64,000 nucleotides of DNA, taken from the NCBI GenBank assembly GCA_963736005.1, contig CAVTNB010000002.1, forward strand, positions 64,001 through 128,000. Reading direction: 5' to 3'. Of the stretch, positions 61,795 to 64,000 are shown piece after piece (the first letter of the stretch is position 1; each line of letters starts with the position of its first letter). The translations under genes were made by a program, and so were the position numbers. Under the pieces are notes generated by a model. That model saw only the letters and a list, made by a program, of their open reading frames with translations, made no database searches and was not told the origin of the DNA. The stretch comes from an uncultured Pseudomonadota bacterium. Its GTDB lineage: Bacteria; Vulcanimicrobiota; Vulcanimicrobiia; Eremiobacterales; Eremiobacteraceae.

Positions 61795-62313
61795 TTACGT
61801 TTTGAATTCGGAGCGCAGCAACGACATCCACATCACGTCCACCCACTGGCCGTCTTGGTACATGAACCTGCGCAGCAGTGCCTCATACTGAAAGCCGCAG
61901 CGTGCGTAGCATGCGATGGCGCGGCGATTCGACGGATAGACACCCAGTTCGATTCTGGGCAGTTTCAACGTGCGAAAGCCAAACTCGCACAGTTTCGTTA
62001 CTGCCAGCGTCCCCACACCCTTGCCGCGAAAGCGTGGCTCGAAAATGGCAATCGTCAGCTCTCTGCCGGCAAATCGGGGTGCACGCAGCGTGCACAATCC
62101 CACCAACGTTTCTCCAAGGAGGATGGCAAAGAGATGCTCGTCTTTTGATTGAGTGAGCTCCTCGAACCATCCCAGCATGGATGGGAGCGAGCGGGGAAGC
62201 GACCAGCGAGTCGTTTGCGCGGCGGTGCCGGAGGCAAAGCCATCGCGAACGGCTGGGATATCTGCGCGGCGCAAGGAACGGACGCGGACCTGCGGGCGAA
62301 CGTCGCGCTTCAT
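61795..62313 (-). CDS. RimJ/RimL-type GNAT acetyltransferase
   Basis: RGKGVG, F..L.L.RIEL.V...N.RAI.CY..CGF..E. Confidence 0.88.
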   Translation of the reverse strand: MKRDVRPQVRVRSLRRADIPAVRDGFASGTAAQTTRWSLPRSLPSMLGWFEELTQSKDEHLFAILLGETLVGLCTLRAPRFAGRELTIAIFEPRFRGKGVGTLAVTKLCEFGFRTLKLPRIELGVYPSNRRAIACYARCGFQYEALLRRFMYQDGQWVDVMWMSLLRSEFKT

Positions 62314-62885
62314 TCCGCTGAATCGTCCCGGCGCAGAAGCCACTCTTCGTGCAGCGTGCTCATCACCACGACGTCACGCAGCTTACCTCGAGCGAACTGA
62401 TACTTGCGGAGCAGCCCTTCGCGCGCAAACCCGGCCTTTTCGTAACAACGGATGGCCCGAAGATTGTCCGGTAAGACGAACAGCTCGATGCGATGCAGGG
62501 GCAGCGCTCGAAATGCGCCGTCAACAAGAACCTCCACCGCGTCCTGGCCATAGCCGCGATCCCAGTAGCGCGTGTTGTGAATGCCAACACCCAATTCGGC
62601 ATGCGCATCGGTCACGCGTAACATAATGAGGCCAATGTCCAGGCCGCTGTGAGTTTGGATGATGAAGGTGGGTCGCTTCGGGTCGGTGGATGCGCGCGCC
62701 GCCCAAGCCTGCTCTGCGCGCGCCGATCGCGGGAGGAGCCCGGCCAGCCACTGTTGCGCCAGCGGATCGTTCATCCATCGCTGGAGCAGCGGCACGTCTT
62801 CGGGCTCAACCGGTCGCAGCCGAATTTTCTTGCCCCTAAGCCAGGTCGCGGGCAGTCGGCGCCGCGACGTCGAAGCAGAGGTCAT
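62310..62885 (-). CDS. RimJ/RimL-type GNAT acetyltransferase
   Basis: IRLRP, WDRGYG, LHRIEL.V..DN.RAI.CYEKAGF..EG; ATGA overlap with the downstream GNAT. Start uncertain. Confidence 0.88.
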   Translation of the reverse strand: MTSASTSRRRLPATWLRGKKIRLRPVEPEDVPLLQRWMNDPLAQQWLAGLLPRSARAEQAWAARASTDPKRPTFIIQTHSGLDIGLIMLRVTDAHAELGVGIHNTRYWDRGYGQDAVEVLVDGAFRALPLHRIELFVLPDNLRAIRCYEKAGFAREGLLRKYQFARGKLRDVVVMSTLHEEWLLRRDDSAE

Positions 62886-64000
62886 GCCACGCCGCTTCGG
62901 AGCTTTGGCGTTTCTCATCCTGATCGCTGCATTCGCCGGCCCCAACGCCCGTGCCGCTTTGTCACATGCTTCTCCCACGCCCTCAGCGACAGCACTGCCC
63001 TCGGCTGACAGCATCTTTGCGCATCACCACGCGGCCATGGGGAGGTTGCCATCGCTCATTGCCCACTGGTCAGGAACGATTGTTGACAATGGGCAAGCGG
63101 CCAAATACGATATCACGGCGGCCCGCGATGGCCGCTTCCGGCGAACGTTCACGCTGGCGCTGACTCAGCTGAACGATGGCAGCAATCTGTATTTGGATTG
63201 GGGCCAAGACGAAAACGGTAACGTGCAGACCTCTCTGGCGCAGCGTCATCAATCGATGGATTCAAGGCTTGTGCGGCTCAACGATCTCCGCTTCGAATCG
63301 CGCGGCTCGGTCGTCACCGGCATAACGACCATCAACGGCCGAAAGGCATATTCGGTGAGCATTGCGATGCAGGGAACCACTGCGCTTGTTTATTTCGACG
63401 TTCAATCGGGTTTGCTCGATGGGTGTGACATTGGTTCGGAGACGATTCGCTACCGCTCGTATCGCCATTTCGCAGGAGTCGCCGTGCCGATCGACATCAT
63501 CGAGAGCGGGCCGGATGAAAATTTGAGCATCACGGTTGACAAGGTCGATTTCGTCGCTGAGACCCGCGGCGAGTTCGATCCCCCGGAACAGCGCCGACCA
63601 GCCTTCCCACCCGGAGTCACCCAAGTCAGCATCGCGTTCGATTCACCACGCGGGCTCATCGTGTGCCCCGCTTTGGTGAACGGTCACCTTGCACGCTTTA
63701 TCATCGATTCGGGCAGCACAACCTCGATCATCGATGCCGATGCTGCAAAGCGCTTGAACCTCACCACTGGCGGGGTTTCCCACGTGGAAGGGGCCGCCGT
63801 CATGACGGGAACGGTCGCGCGCATCGACACGCTGAATTTAGGTGGCGTTGTCTTCGCGCCTCTCTTCGTTCAGGCTGTTCCCCTGCGGCTTCCCAGCCGT
63901 CTTCAGCATGAAGGCATCGACGGCGTGCTGGGATATGACGTTCTCACTCCGCTGGTTGCGCGTATCGCGTTCACCCGCTACGAGCTGCGCTTGATCCAAG
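62884..64000 (+). CDS. Secreted retropepsin-like aspartyl protease; runs off window end
   Basis: Not in ORF track. Hand translation MPRRFGALAFLILIAAFAGPNARA...VNGHLARFIIDSGSTTSIID...DGVLGYD stays open to 64000. Confidence 0.85.
   Translation, partial: MPRRFGALAFLILIAAFAGPNARAALSHASPTPSATALPSADSIFAHHHAAMGRLPSLIAHWSGTIVDNGQAAKYDITAARDGRFRRTFTLALTQLNDGSNLYLDWGQDENGNVQTSLAQRHQSMDSRLVRLNDLRFESRGSVVTGITTINGRKAYSVSIAMQGTTALVYFDVQSGLLDGCDIGSETIRYRSYRHFAGVAVPIDIIESGPDENLSITVDKVDFVAETRGEFDPPEQRRPAFPPGVTQVSIAFDSPRGLIVCPALVNGHLARFIIDSGSTTSIIDADAAKRLNLTTGGVSHVEGAAVMTGTVARIDTLNLGGVVFAPLFVQAVPLRLPSRLQHEGIDGVLGYDVLTPLVARIAFTRYELRLIQ

Noticed and set aside
60341..64000. Integrative element at the tRNA-Sec 3' end
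   Set aside because: No integrase and no duplicated tRNA 3' end were seen; a REP copy downstream suggests resident DNA.

Overview
A gene-dense, GC-rich bacterial chromosome segment. The style of the hypothetical proteins tentatively suggests an Eremiobacterota/WPS-2-like soil lineage, but this is unverified inference. (1) 1-7.8 kb is housekeeping: PaaK-like ligase fragment, acyl-CoA dehydrogenase, tsaE-tsaB-rimI-yqeK-rsfS, gyrA, trxA. (2) 7.9-14.5 kb holds selenocysteine machinery (selA, a DUF4097 lipoprotein, selB) followed by two permeases; tRNA-Sec (selC) lies separately at 60.3 kb. (3) 14.5-19.7 kb is a compact sulfur-oxidation/sulfane-sulfur cluster: two-domain rhodanese, persulfide dioxygenase-rhodanese, Tat-exported DsrE-like protein, TauE, rhodanese, diheme TsdA. 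(4) 20-34 kb covers envelope and repair genes: two msrA, M48 peptidase, thioester-less alpha-2-macroglobulin divergent from pbpC. (5) 34.5-60 kb is a hypoxia/fermentation-like block: ackA, Hsp20, BON, two USPs, a complete N-type (atpDCQBEFAG) ATPase with an apparently H+-type c subunit divergent from phosphoketolase, an acetate-CoA ligase/GNAT fusion, ABC systems and a K+ channel. (6) After selC come a pilin-like protein, a secreted protein, two GNATs and an aspartyl protease that runs off the window end. Three families of GTAG-type REP hairpins occur, and I saw none inside the 34.5-60 kb block. Three genes carry apparent single-base insertions. No CRISPR array, integrase, transposase or convincing selenoprotein was found. 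All calls come from motif recognition by eye, without database searches.
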